From positions 7,087 through 71,086 of the forward strand of contig JAAZXG010000003.1 in assembly GCA_014240255.1 (NCBI GenBank): a DNA stretch of 64,000 nt, in the 5' to 3' direction. The notes below the pieces were generated by a model. That model did not search any database, was not told the DNA's origin, and worked only from the letters and a program-made list of their open reading frames with translations. The DNA comes from Methanobacteriota archaeon. GTDB lineage: Archaea; Thermoplasmatota; Poseidoniia; MGIII; CG-Epi1. The position numbers were made by a program, and so were the translations under genes. How positions within the stretch are numbered: the stretch's first letter is position 1; the number at the start of each line of letters is the position of its first letter. Of this stretch, positions 9,180 through 19,826 are shown in pieces.

Positions 9180-10079
9180 TTATTTTACAGCAGCAGCTTT
9201 TCTTGATTCTTTAATCTTATCAGCAGCTTCACGTCTTGCCATTCTTTCTTGACGCCTAGCTTCTACTCTTTCAGTTATTAGCTTCATATACATTGCATCA
9301 TGCTCCATCAAAGGAGAATCTGAGATAACAATTACGTTGTAATCATTTTCTAATATTGCTTCAGCCAAATACTCGAATTTAATTTCTCCCTTTTTGATAG
9401 GAGAATAATGTCTTTCATTTCCTTCAATATCGAATTCAACACCTGAAAAGTGCATATAGAAATCTTTCAATCCTAATGAATCATCAATATATTTGAAAAC
9501 ACGTTTGAAACTATCTCTGTCATTTAACCAACGTCCACCTCTGGCGTGTAAATGTGGCCAGTTGATTACTGGAATAACTCCTCTAACGCGGTGGCATATT
9601 TCCATAACTTCTCTGATACTTCCGAAAAGGTCAGGTTTTCCAGATAATTCGATTCCAATAACTGGGCTGTAATTATTTTCTAAGTAATGATTTCTCATCT
9701 CTCTGAACATAGGCACTAATCTTTCAATTGCCTCTCTCGAAGAAATTCCATGATAAGGCCCAATGTGTGTAACTACTTTTCGTGCACCAATTTTGTTTCC
9801 AACTTCTCCAGCAAATTCAAGGAATTTATTAGATTTATTTCTCATATATCCATTGCCTAGAAAATCCATATAGTATGGAGCATGGATTGCCATGTGGATG
9901 TCCAATGATTGGGCAATTCCTCCTAGTTCTTCAAAATCATCGAGTTCATCAACATATTTGCCCCTTACAAGCTGAATTTCCATACTGTGTAAGCCTAGTG
10001 CGTGAATATCCTCAATACCATCTCTAATGGTTCTTCCTTTGCAGGAAAGAGGGATTCCTGCGGGTCCAAAACGTATCAT
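9180..10079 (-). CDS. nfo: endonuclease IV-like AP endonuclease (TIM barrel)
   Basis: IRFGPAG, HAPYY, ELSGK..FG, HLHAR, HFSGVE...ERH motifs of archaeal EndoIV. Confidence 0.88.
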   Translation of the reverse strand: MIRFGPAGIPLSCKGRTIRDGIEDIHALGLHSMEIQLVRGKYVDELDDFEELGGIAQSLDIHMAIHAPYYMDFLGNGYMRNKSNKFLEFAGEVGNKIGARKVVTHIGPYHGISSREAIERLVPMFREMRNHYLENNYSPVIGIELSGKPDLFGSIREVMEICHRVRGVIPVINWPHLHARGGRWLNDRDSFKRVFKYIDDSLGLKDFYMHFSGVEFDIEGNERHYSPIKKGEIKFEYLAEAILENDYNVIVISDSPLMEHDAMYMKLITERVEARRQERMARREAADKIKESRKAAAVK

Positions 10080-10202
10080 TGTTCACCGCGGATTGAATGG
10101 TCCTATAATTACTATTCGTCACTTTTCCATATTTTTGGGTATATTTTATCCCTAGTTGGCACTTTTTGTCTAATTTTTTAAGGGTCCCTCCTCTCGCAAT
10201 AT

Positions 10203-13064
10203 GTGAATCCAAAGGCTTTACAGAAAAAGTGGCAAAAAAAATGGGAGGAAGCCAAGCTCTTCGAATCAGAGCCTAAGGAAGATCAAGAGAAGTATTTTGT
10301 TAACTGTCCATATCCTTACATGAATGGATATTTGCATCTAGGTCATGCATTCACCTATCTCCGAGCAGATATGGTTTCTAGATATCAAAGAATGAAGAAT
10401 AAAAATGTACTTTTCCCTTTTGCATTCCATTGTACTGGAACGCCAATTGTAGCTGCAGCTCAGAGAGTTAAAGAAGGTGAAAAGACTCAAATTCAAGCAT
10501 TGAAACAGATGGGTCTAAGTGATTCACTTATCAAGAAATTTTCAAAGCCTGAAGAATGGACCAATCATTTCCCAGGAAAAGCAATTAAAGATTTGAAAGA
10601 ATTCGGAGCTTCTGTAGACTGGAGACGAAGTTTCATTACAACTAGTTTAAACCCTTCTTACGATCATTTTATACGGTGGCAATTCAACCAATTATTAGCT
10701 AAAGAATATTTGATTAAAGGCAGTTTTCCAGTTGTTTGGTGTCCTAAAAGAGAAACTGTAGTTGGAGATCATGATAGACTTTCTGGAGAAGGTGAAACAC
10801 CACAAGAATATACTCTGTTAAAATTTAAAGGTGAAGAATATTTCCTTGTTGCTGCAACATTACGCCCTGAAACCGTATTCGGTCAAACTAACATTTGGGT
10901 CGATGGTAAAGGCACATATGTTAAGGCAAAAGTTGGTGAAGAAATATGGGTTATGTCACAGGCAATGCCTCAGAAACTAAGACTACAAGGTCATGAAGTA
11001 GAAGAATTAGAGGAAGTTGAAGGTCGTAGTTTAGTTGGACAAAGATACGTTGCTCCTCAAATTAATAGAGAAGTAATTGTCTTGCCTTCAAAATTTTGCG
11101 ATGCTTCAATTGGATCTGGAATTGTCACTTCAGTTCCTAGTGATTCCCCAGATGATTATCAAGGCTTAGTGGATTTACAAAGTTCTAGTTCAGATTGTGA
11201 AAGATGGGGCTTAGATTTTGAAGAAGTCAAAGCAATTCAACCAATTCCGATATTAGATTCAGGAGAAATGGGCACGCTTCCAGCGCCGAAACTTTGCGAA
11301 GACTTAGGAGTCAAAAATCAAACTGAAAGAAATAAATTGGATAAAGCTAAACAAGAATTGTACATGCACAGTTTCAATCATGGTGTCATGTTAGAATCTG
11401 CAGATTATGTGGCAGGTAAATCAGTTGAAGAAGCTAGAGATATCGTAAAAAATAAATTAGTAGAAAAAGGAAAAGCAGATATTTATTATGAGCTCACAGG
11501 TCCCGTTCAATCACGATGGCTTGCAGATTGTATGGTTAAAATTGTAGACAATCAATGGTTCTTAGAATATAGTAGTGAAGATTGGACTAAAACAACTGAA
11601 GAGGCACTTGCCTCTATGGAATTATATCCTACAAAGTCGCGTTCACAATTTGAATATGTTTTACAATGGTTGAAAAATTGGGCATGTGTTCGAGAAAAAG
11701 GGTTAGGAACAAGATTACCGTGGGATGAAAATTGGGTTATTGAATCATTGAGTGATTCAACAATTTACATGGCCTTCTACACAGTTGCTCATTACTTGAA
11801 GGAATTAGATGCAGACCAGTTAACGGAATCATTATTTGATGCCATATTTGGCGAAGGAAATACCAAATTAGCTGCCGATGAAAGTGGCGTGGCGCAGGCA
11901 GATGTTCTCAAATGGCGTAATGAATTCAATTATTGGTATCCATATGATTTACGAATTAGTGGTAAAGATCTGATTCAAAATCATTTAGCTTTTAGTTTAT
12001 TCAATCATACCGCAATGTTTGAGAAAAATAAATGGCCAAGAGGTTTTGCAGTTAATGGCTGGGTTCTTGTTAATGGCGAAAAAATGTCTAAATCCAAAGG
12101 TAATTTTTTCACACTTAAAGAATTGAATGAAAAGTATGGTGCCGATGTTGTCCGTTTTACATTATGCAATGCAGGTGAAGGTTTAGATGATCCTAATTGG
12201 GAATTGTCATTTGCTGAAACTGCAGGTAAAAAGTTGAATAATTGGCTATCTTTTGTAAAAGAGAATAAAGAGAAGGGCCGCACAACTTCACATTCGGTTG
12301 ATGATTGGTTTCGTGAAATTATGGCAAGTATTTCCCATCAAGCTAATGCAGCCTCTGAAAGGCTCAAGTTTAGAACTTCAACACGTCTTCTTTTCTTTGA
12401 ACTACCTCAATACTTCAAATGGTATCTTCAGAGAACTGGAGAAGCTCATAAAGATATTTTGAAAGAATACATATCGATTGTAACTAGGGGCATTGCTCCA
12501 GTTGTTCCACATACTGCCGAAGAAGCTTGGTCTATTAGTGGTGAAGATGGTTTTGTTCTCAATCAAGTTTTTCCAGAAGGTCATGAGCCTGATTTAACTT
12601 TGGTAACTGGTGAAGATTTAGTTAGACAGACTTTAGATGATACTAGAGCCATTTTGAATATAGCTGGTATTGATAATCCTAAAGAAATCGTATTCATAGT
12701 TGCTCCAGAATGGAAATGGAATGCAATTCATACAGCCGGGCAATTAGCAGATGGTCGCGGTCAAGTTAAATTAAATCAACTCATTTCAAGTGTAATGCCA
12801 AATATACCCCCAGAGTCAAAGAAATTAGGGGCTGATTTCTTGAAGAAATGGGTTTTGAGAGATATTCCTTCATTAGGCCCAGGTTGGCAGAGTAAGTACA
12901 GTTTACAGATTGATGAAGAGGAAATACTCTCTGCGTCCATAGATTTTTTCAGTAAAATATTTAGCTGTGAAATCTCTGTTGTTAATGCAGATAAGGCAAG
13001 GTCTAGACACGTGACCAAAGGAAATCAGAGTTCTCCATTAAGGCCTGCGATTTTTGTTTCATAA
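10203..13064 (+). CDS. leuS: leucyl-tRNA synthetase (archaeal type)
   Basis: PYPYMNGYLHLGH (HIGH), ATLRPET editing domain, GKDLIQNHL, KMSKSKGN. Confidence 0.97.
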   Translation: MNPKALQKKWQKKWEEAKLFESEPKEDQEKYFVNCPYPYMNGYLHLGHAFTYLRADMVSRYQRMKNKNVLFPFAFHCTGTPIVAAAQRVKEGEKTQIQALKQMGLSDSLIKKFSKPEEWTNHFPGKAIKDLKEFGASVDWRRSFITTSLNPSYDHFIRWQFNQLLAKEYLIKGSFPVVWCPKRETVVGDHDRLSGEGETPQEYTLLKFKGEEYFLVAATLRPETVFGQTNIWVDGKGTYVKAKVGEEIWVMSQAMPQKLRLQGHEVEELEEVEGRSLVGQRYVAPQINREVIVLPSKFCDASIGSGIVTSVPSDSPDDYQGLVDLQSSSSDCERWGLDFEEVKAIQPIPILDSGEMGTLPAPKLCEDLGVKNQTERNKLDKAKQELYMHSFNHGVMLESADYVAGKSVEEARDIVKNKLVEKGKADIYYELTGPVQSRWLADCMVKIVDNQWFLEYSSEDWTKTTEEALASMELYPTKSRSQFEYVLQWLKNWACVREKGLGTRLPWDENWVIESLSDSTIYMAFYTVAHYLKELDADQLTESLFDAIFGEGNTKLAADESGVAQADVLKWRNEFNYWYPYDLRISGKDLIQNHLAFSLFNHTAMFEKNKWPRGFAVNGWVLVNGEKMSKSKGNFFTLKELNEKYGADVVRFTLCNAGEGLDDPNWELSFAETAGKKLNNWLSFVKENKEKGRTTSHSVDDWFREIMASISHQANAASERLKFRTSTRLLFFELPQYFKWYLQRTGEAHKDILKEYISIVTRGIAPVVPHTAEEAWSISGEDGFVLNQVFPEGHEPDLTLVTGEDLVRQTLDDTRAILNIAGIDNPKEIVFIVAPEWKWNAIHTAGQLADGRGQVKLNQLISSVMPNIPPESKKLGADFLKKWVLRDIPSLGPGWQSKYSLQIDEEEILSASIDFFSKIFSCEISVVNADKARSRHVTKGNQSSPLRPAIFVS

Positions 13065-13182
13065 AATGGCTTCTATCGTCTATAAATAGCCCCTAAAATG
13101 CCCCTTATTCTTTTTCCCAATCTTTATAAATGCCTCTCTTTTCCAACGGACCCCGAGTGAGAGCATTTGCTCTCTGGAGACA

Positions 13183-15459
13183 ATGAATATGACTCAAAAG
13201 CGTAATTCGCGAATAGCCTTGCTAGCCGTAGCAATGCTCCTATCAGGAGCCTTGTTAGGACTAATGTCAGAGGACTCTTCAGCTGCAGATTATAATGCAG
13301 TTGGTTTCATTTCCTCAACAGATTCCTCTGGTGTATCTGTGACTTATATTAATCAAGAATCTGGAAATTCAGCAACTACTACTAGTGAAGATGATGGTTC
13401 ATACTCATTTGATAATTTATACGATGGTGAATATTCGGTTAGATATTCAAAAGCGGGTTATTTGTCAGTATTAGACAATTGGACTATACCTTCAGATTTA
13501 CCTTTGACTGAAGTATCTATGGTTGCAGCCCCATCTGGTTCTACTACCGTCACAGTCAATGTAAAGGATGGAGATGATACTGTTATTGAAGATGCTACAG
13601 TTTATCTTATGTCAGCAACCACTGAGGACTCTTGGTGGAATGATATTTCAGTAGGATATACAGTTTCCAATGCAACTGATGATGAAGGTAACACAGATTT
13701 TGAATCTTTAACTGCAGATCAATATGATATTAGAGTAGAAGCATCAGGTTATACTACTGCCTTTGGAACTACTGCAGATACAAATATAGTAATGAATGCT
13801 TTGAACAATACTAACAAGCAAACTGTACGCGTTTTCGATTCTTCAGGTAATCCATTATCTAATGCAAATGTTTTCATGTATGATGCAACTTCGTCTACAT
13901 GGTATGATTCAACTAAAGTTGGATATACTTACTACTTACAACCTACGGCAGGTTCTGAAGTTTATGTTTACGCTTATCACGCAGGTTCTACACCTTCAGT
14001 AAAGAGAATAGCTAGTGTTTCAGGCACAGATACTCATAATATGAATGTTAATGGTAATTCAGCAGCTGATGATGGTACAATTTACATTAATGCAGCTCCA
14101 TCAAATGGTGGACAGTCAATGGAACCACTATCAGGTGACCGTATGATTAAGTTGAATCCAGGACCTACAGCCAGTATGTCTGTAACAAGTGAAACAACTG
14201 AAATGGACGATAAGCACGTTATAGCAGCAGATGGAACTGTTAACTTTTCAGCATCTTCTTCAACTTCACCAGTTGGAGGACTCACTTACAGCTGGGGTTC
14301 AGAAACATTCTCAAGCTCATATGCAGCTGGCGAGCATTCAGTAAGTGTTACTGTCACTGATGAATTCGGAGCACAAGACACAGCAAGTATTACAATTGTA
14401 GCAGATGGAGATAGTCCTGTTGCTGCTTTTGCAACAACTGTGAAAACCAATGCAGGATCAGAGGATATTACTTATGACGGAATGAATCTTGATGAAGATA
14501 TCAATACTGCTATTTTCAATGGTTCTACTTCCAGTGATTCAGTAGGTATTGCTTCTTATTCTTGGGACTTTGGAGATGAATCTTCCGATTCAGGTTCAAT
14601 TGTAAATCATATATTTGATAATCCCGGAACATATGATGTTGTTTTAACAGTAACAGATATTGCCGGTAATTCAGATACCGAAACGCTATCAGTAATAGTT
14701 AATGATATCACTTCACCTAGTGCAGACTTTAGTTGGCATTATCTAAATGAAACAGGTAGTGAAATTAATGGGGCTTCAATAGAAGGTGAAAAAACATTCT
14801 TCAATGCAAGTCGTTCTTCAGATAACTCTGGAGATGATTTAGTTTATGCTTGGGACTTTGGAGATGGTAATGAAGGTAATGGAATGAATATTAACCATAC
14901 TTTCAATGGAACAACTGAGGATGGCTTTAATGTCGTTCTTACTGTAACCGATTCTTCAAATATGTCTGATGTTATCTCATACAAGATTAAACCAGCTTTG
15001 AAATCTAGACCAGATATTTACATGGTTTCCATGAGCTTTAGTGATAATCTTGAAGAAGGAAATATTATTACTCTAGATGCAACTGTTAGGTGTCTTTGTG
15101 ACGATGCAAAAATAGATAGTGCTTTCGAAGTAGCTTTCTATTTGGATAATTTAGAAGGCACTGTAATTGGTACAGCAATGATTGATGGCAGTGATTTAGA
15201 AGCTCTAAACAATGGTACAAACGTAAATGTTACCACAACTTGGACTGCAGTGTCAGGTTCTCAGACAATTTATGTGGATGCAGATTCAACCAATATTGTT
15301 GATGAAAGTCAAGAAAAGAACGAACTTTCAAAGCCAATAACAATTAGTGCTAAAGATGATTCATCTGATGTTACATCTATGACAATGATAATAATTGTTG
15401 TTTTGGCTGCTTTCGGAGCTGTTGCATACATCTACCGCGATTCTTTATTCAGTAATTAG
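13183..15459 (+). CDS. secreted surface protein: carboxypeptidase-regulatory-like repeats, PKD domains, CARDB domain, C-terminal TM anchor
   Basis: Signal peptide; DGSYSF..L..GEYSV; WDFGD twice; VDESQEKN; C-terminal hydrophobic helix; acidic and S/T-rich. Confidence 0.88.
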   Translation: MNMTQKRNSRIALLAVAMLLSGALLGLMSEDSSAADYNAVGFISSTDSSGVSVTYINQESGNSATTTSEDDGSYSFDNLYDGEYSVRYSKAGYLSVLDNWTIPSDLPLTEVSMVAAPSGSTTVTVNVKDGDDTVIEDATVYLMSATTEDSWWNDISVGYTVSNATDDEGNTDFESLTADQYDIRVEASGYTTAFGTTADTNIVMNALNNTNKQTVRVFDSSGNPLSNANVFMYDATSSTWYDSTKVGYTYYLQPTAGSEVYVYAYHAGSTPSVKRIASVSGTDTHNMNVNGNSAADDGTIYINAAPSNGGQSMEPLSGDRMIKLNPGPTASMSVTSETTEMDDKHVIAADGTVNFSASSSTSPVGGLTYSWGSETFSSSYAAGEHSVSVTVTDEFGAQDTASITIVADGDSPVAAFATTVKTNAGSEDITYDGMNLDEDINTAIFNGSTSSDSVGIASYSWDFGDESSDSGSIVNHIFDNPGTYDVVLTVTDIAGNSDTETLSVIVNDITSPSADFSWHYLNETGSEINGASIEGEKTFFNASRSSDNSGDDLVYAWDFGDGNEGNGMNINHTFNGTTEDGFNVVLTVTDSSNMSDVISYKIKPALKSRPDIYMVSMSFSDNLEEGNIITLDATVRCLCDDAKIDSAFEVAFYLDNLEGTVIGTAMIDGSDLEALNNGTNVNVTTTWTAVSGSQTIYVDADSTNIVDESQEKNELSKPITISAKDDSSDVTSMTMIIIVVLAAFGAVAYIYRDSLFSN

Positions 15460-15485
15460 AGAATTAAACTAAGAGAGACTAGGGT

Positions 15486-16124
15486 ATGGAAACTGACCTA
15501 GTCATTGGTCTTGCTATTGCCGGAGTTACACTAGGCATAGTCGAAGGAGTAAAGCCAGGACCGCTTTTAACAACAGTAATCAAAGAAACATTGACAAATG
15601 GTTTCAAGGGCGGAATACGAGCTGCTTCAGCTCCTATTTTCACTGATGGGCCTTTGATCATACTTAGTATTTTTGTTGCAGGTTGGATAGCAACGCAACC
15701 ACTTATTCTGTGCTGTATTTCACTAATAGGGGCTGTATTTCTTACACGAATGGGAATGGAATGCTTCAGTTTAGGTCTTCCAGAGATTGATTCCGAAGAA
15801 GTAGATATTTCCAAATCATTTATGCGAGGTATTATCACTAACTTGTTGAATCCAAGTGTGTATGTTTTTTGGTTCTTAGTGGGTGGTCCAATTATGGCTA
15901 CAGCAGCTGATGAAGAACATTTTGCTCCAGTAGCTTATGCACTATCTTTTTTGATTAGTATTGTTTTAGTTAAGATTACAATAGCTTATTTTTTCAGTAA
16001 GGCCAAAGGCAATATTTCAGCTGAGAATTATCAACTAGCATTGAGAATATGTGGAGTAGCAATGTTTCTTTTTGCAATTAGTTTTGTTTACAGAGCTTTT
16101 GGTTTGTGGCAAAATGGTTTCTGA
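15486..16124 (+). CDS. LysE/RhtB family exporter
   Basis: PGP motif near the N-terminus, F.RGIITNLLNP, about 6 TM helices. Confidence 0.9.
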   Translation: METDLVIGLAIAGVTLGIVEGVKPGPLLTTVIKETLTNGFKGGIRAASAPIFTDGPLIILSIFVAGWIATQPLILCCISLIGAVFLTRMGMECFSLGLPEIDSEEVDISKSFMRGIITNLLNPSVYVFWFLVGGPIMATAADEEHFAPVAYALSFLISIVLVKITIAYFFSKAKGNISAENYQLALRICGVAMFLFAISFVYRAFGLWQNGF

Positions 16125-17117
16125 TTAGTGTCCGCGTTTTGCCATTTTAGTATCTAGTTTAGATTCTTCTAAACCAGCCATGGCATCACCCAATCCTTCA
16201 GACACTTTTCCTACTAACTTAGCATCATCAAAGTGAGCTGTCGCTTCTACAACGGCTTTAGCCATTGTAGTTGGATCTTCAGACTTGAAAATTCCAGATC
16301 CTACAAATATTCCATCCATCCCAAATTGCATCATTAACGCTGCATCAGCAGGTGTAGCAATACCGCCGGCAGTGAAAGTAACAACAGGTAAACGTCCTAA
16401 TTTCTTAATTTCACCGAGAATTTCAGTGACTTCACCTTCAATATTTTTTCTAGATTTTCCGAATGCGTTATAACCTGCAGACTCTCCTAAATTTCCTTTT
16501 GCTTCTTCATCTAAAACAAAGAATTTATCAACCATACGGGTAGCAATCTTTTCTAATTTTGTAGAAGCTTGAACAGCAGCTATTTCAGCTTGTAATAGTC
16601 TTGCATGTCTCATTGCAGCAACAACATTTCCTGTGCCAGCTTCTCCCTTTGTTCTTATCATTGCCGAACCTTCCCATATTCTTCTAACGGCTTCACCAAG
16701 AGAAGTTGCACCGCAGACAAAGGGTACTGTAAAGTCGTCTTTCACGACGTGATAATAGGGATCTGCAGGCGTCAAAACTTCAGATTCATCAATCATGTCA
16801 ACACCTAATGCCTCCAAAACTTTAGCTTCAGCAGTATGTCCAATTCTACATTTTGCCATAACTGGAATAGTAGTACATTCTATAATCTCTTTAATCATAT
16901 TAGGATTTGACATTCTTGCAACACCACCATCAGCCCTTATGTCTGAAGGTACACGTTCCAAAGCCATAACTGCGACAGCACCAGCATCTTCTGCAATTTT
17001 TGCTTGTTTAGCATTAACCACATCCATGATTACTCCGCCTTTTTGCATTCTTGCGAAACCACGTTTTACGAGTTCTTTTCCGTGTCTTAATGATTCCAAA
17101 TCTAATTCTTTACTCAT
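16125..17117 (-). CDS. pdxS: pyridoxal 5'-phosphate synthase lyase subunit
   Basis: [55 protein letters not shown] 17117 with AGGAG RBS. Confidence 0.97.
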   Translation of the reverse strand: MSKELDLESLRHGKELVKRGFARMQKGGVIMDVVNAKQAKIAEDAGAVAVMALERVPSDIRADGGVARMSNPNMIKEIIECTTIPVMAKCRIGHTAEAKVLEALGVDMIDESEVLTPADPYYHVVKDDFTVPFVCGATSLGEAVRRIWEGSAMIRTKGEAGTGNVVAAMRHARLLQAEIAAVQASTKLEKIATRMVDKFFVLDEEAKGNLGESAGYNAFGKSRKNIEGEVTEILGEIKKLGRLPVVTFTAGGIATPADAALMMQFGMDGIFVGSGIFKSEDPTTMAKAVVEATAHFDDAKLVGKVSEGLGDAMAGLEESKLDTKMAKRGH

Positions 17118-17128
17118 TTTTCTCCTAT

Positions 17129-17205
17129 TGGTGGACCGGGTGGGATTTGAACCCACGACCTCCGCCTTGCGAAGGCGGTAATCTTCCAGACTGATATACC
17201 GGCCC
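17129..17205 (-). tRNA. tRNA-Ala(CGC), CCA encoded
   Basis: Reverse complement GGGCCGG/CCGGTCC with G3:U70; CCGCC-TTCGCAA-GGCGG anticodon arm; ACCA. Confidence 0.97.
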
Positions 17206-17248
17206 CTGAGTTATAACTATTGGCACCGGTTTAAAAAAATCAAAGTAA

Positions 17249-18019
17249 TTATGCCGCACTATTTGTTTCCAAATGTTGTGCTGCAGCTTCACTTAATTGT
17301 TCATATAATTCATCGTCTTCTACGTTAGAATATGATACTTTGTTATCTCGTCCACGATTTATCATCATAATATCAAATTCAGAAGTTATATTATCAACGT
17401 AAGACATGATAGCATATTCTTTTCCGTCTACTTCCAAAGCTCCATGTATCTTCATTTTAATTTCGATACCATCTTGATCTTCAAAAATTTCTATATCGTC
17501 ATTTTCAACAATAGCCTCAGTCTTTGACTTAGATCCGAAAAGTGAACTTCCCCATCCTTTGAGTTTAGTTTCTTCTTCGGTAATTTCACGACCCATGGAT
17601 TCAGACCAGGATTTGATAATATCTTCTTTACTCATTCCGATAGTAGCTTCTACTTTCTTCCAATTATTTAGAATCCAAGGAGGGTTATCGAATTTAGTAC
17701 AAAGAGCTTGTAAGAACATTCTTAAATCATTAGGATTTTCAGTACCAATTTTAAGTTCAATCAAAGAGTTTTTTGGACTTCCAAAAAATCCTTTATATTT
17801 TATTGCGCTAAGTCTGGCCTTAAAACCTGCAAACCGAAAAGAAATACTCCAATTCATTTCGTCAAAGCCACTTTCTCGGAGTCTTATCTTTGCTCCGTCG
17901 TCAACAGTTGTACAAGCTTCCCAGAATTTTTCCCCAAAATCAGTAAACCATAATAATCCAAAAGTCCCTCTATTTTTAATTTCATAATTGCCTAATTTAA
18001 GGGCACTGGTTTTCAACAT
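17249..18019 (-). CDS. hypothetical protein with C-terminal DUF1292-like acidic domain
   Basis: C-terminal DQDGIE...LEVDGKEYAIM...NVEDDELYEQL matches the DUF1292 pattern; N-domain unknown; start uncertain. Confidence 0.65.
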   Translation of the reverse strand: MLKTSALKLGNYEIKNRGTFGLLWFTDFGEKFWEACTTVDDGAKIRLRESGFDEMNWSISFRFAGFKARLSAIKYKGFFGSPKNSLIELKIGTENPNDLRMFLQALCTKFDNPPWILNNWKKVEATIGMSKEDIIKSWSESMGREITEEETKLKGWGSSLFGSKSKTEAIVENDDIEIFEDQDGIEIKMKIHGALEVDGKEYAIMSYVDNITSEFDIMMINRGRDNKVSYSNVEDDELYEQLSEAAAQHLETNSAA

Positions 18020-18256
18020 CGGGTGTTTATTGCGTGGTTGAGCTATCAATGTAACGGAATGCACTAATTTAGCACGAATAGGCATGCATAAAACATCACC
18101 GCTAGTTTTAATAACGGTCTACCTCAGCAGAACGTAGGCCTTAGGGTCATTGACGGTAACCAATTCACAAATCTGCCTTTGGATTTATACATAGGCATTA
18201 GAAACAGAATTAACCCGCCCATGGTTCAGAGGTTAAACACAAAAAGAGATGGTAAT

Positions 18257-19528
18257 ATGAATATAGATCCAACAAGTAGTAAATACGTAATTAAAGCTTC
18301 AATTAGAGCAAATGGCGTAGTAAATAAATCAGATGTAGTAGGGGCCGTTTTCGGTCAGACAGAAGGATTATTAGGTGATGAATTAGATCTTCGTGATCTT
18401 CAGAAAAGCGGACGAATGGGCCGTGTAGAAGTAGAAATACGAAGTGATAAAGGAAAATCCACAGGAGAGATAGTAATTTCTTCTAGTATGGACCAAGTAG
18501 AAACTTCAGTTTTTGCGGCAGCTTTAGAAACGGTAGAACGTGTAGGTCCTTGTAAGGCTACAGTTAAAATTACAGCGTTAGAAGACAGTCGCTCTACTAA
18601 GCGTGAAACAATTATTGATCGCGCACGCACATTATTGATTGACTTAATCAAAAATTCCCGAACTGCAGGTTCAACAATAACAGACACAGTTCGTCAAGCA
18701 CTTCAAGTAGAAGAAATAGTTCGATTTAAAGGTAAATTACCTGCAGGTCCGAATGTTGAAACTAGTGACGCAGTCATAGTTGTTGAAGGGCGTGGAGATG
18801 TTTTGAATTTATTGAAACATGGAATAAAGAACTCAGTAGCAGTCGAAGGAACTAACATACCTAAGGAAGTCGTAGGACTAAGTAAGGAAAGAACAGTTAC
18901 AGCCTTTGTTGATGGCGACAGAGGTGGCCAAATGATAATTCAAGAACTTTTACAAGTTGCTGAAATAGATTTCATTGCTCGAGCTCCAGAAAATACTGAA
19001 GTCGAATATTTGACACATAAACAAATAATGAAATCTTTGAGAGACAAAGTGACAGCAGAATTGTTTATGGAACAAAATAAATGGGCCAGACCAGGTTCTG
19101 GTAATTCAAAAAAACCAGCTAAGAAGAATAACCCAAAAGGTCCTTCTAAGGTTAGTCCAAAATCCAGTTCCGTACCTAAAGCAGCAGCTCCTAAGGAAGC
19201 TGAACCTGCACCAGAAGTCCCAGTAGAGCCAGCCGTAGCTAGCCCAATTTATATTGAGCAATTAGATCAGCTTCAAGGAAGTAAAAATGCACGATTATTA
19301 ATGGGTGATGAGATGGCTGATGAAGTTTCCATTGGTGGTCTTCAAGAAGTTCTGGAAAAGCACAAAAGCAATGGAGTAAATACCTTGGTTATGGACGGAA
19401 TTATTACACAAAGACTAATTGAATTAGTTTCTAAAGTAGGAATAAATACAGTTGTAGCTGAAAAGAAAGGTCCGCTTCCAAGAGATCCTGTCGGAATTTC
19501 AATGTTTACTCGTGAAGATTTAACTTAG
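18257..19528 (+). CDS. dnaG: archaeal DnaG (TOPRIM; exosome-associated)
   Basis: DVVGAVFGQTEGLLG.ELDLRDLQKSGRMGR, VVEGRGDV, DGDRGG; ATG 18257. Confidence 0.95.
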   Translation: MNIDPTSSKYVIKASIRANGVVNKSDVVGAVFGQTEGLLGDELDLRDLQKSGRMGRVEVEIRSDKGKSTGEIVISSSMDQVETSVFAAALETVERVGPCKATVKITALEDSRSTKRETIIDRARTLLIDLIKNSRTAGSTITDTVRQALQVEEIVRFKGKLPAGPNVETSDAVIVVEGRGDVLNLLKHGIKNSVAVEGTNIPKEVVGLSKERTVTAFVDGDRGGQMIIQELLQVAEIDFIARAPENTEVEYLTHKQIMKSLRDKVTAELFMEQNKWARPGSGNSKKPAKKNNPKGPSKVSPKSSSVPKAAAPKEAEPAPEVPVEPAVASPIYIEQLDQLQGSKNARLLMGDEMADEVSIGGLQEVLEKHKSNGVNTLVMDGIITQRLIELVSKVGINTVVAEKKGPLPRDPVGISMFTREDLT

Positions 19529-19598
19529 AATAATATAGATTCACAATTTCAAGCTTTAGCCAAATGGTTATATCCCACTCTAGTGGTGAGCTAAAGCT

Positions 19599-19826
19599 AT
19601 GGCCGATGAAGTTAAGATTGATGAAGAAGGTTTACGACGTTCTGCTCGAAGTCAGATAATAGTAGACACTATTGAGCGTAGTCTTGAAAAGATGATATTT
19701 GTAGAGTCTAATTTGGGTAAAGAGATGGATCCTCAGGATCTTTTCCAAGTAAGGAGAGAAGCAGTAGCAGCAGTTGCAGAATTAAAATATGCAATTTCTG
19801 TTCTAACCGGGAAGCTAGAGATTTAA
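19599..19826 (+). CDS. small helical hypothetical protein
   Basis: GGTGA RBS; TAATG coupling to pyrF. Confidence 0.75.
   Translation: MADEVKIDEEGLRRSARSQIIVDTIERSLEKMIFVESNLGKEMDPQDLFQVRREAVAAVAELKYAISVLTGKLEI

Noticed and set aside
10730..11545. Loss of the Zn knuckle in LeuRS (CPKR...SRW) as further evidence of zinc sparing
   Set aside because: These cysteines are variable among archaeal LeuRS generally, so the loss is not diagnostic on its own.
16400..16600. ~40-aa insertion in PdxS as a possible intein or mobile insert
   Set aside because: No intein terminal motifs; longer PdxS forms with an insertion here are common in archaea.
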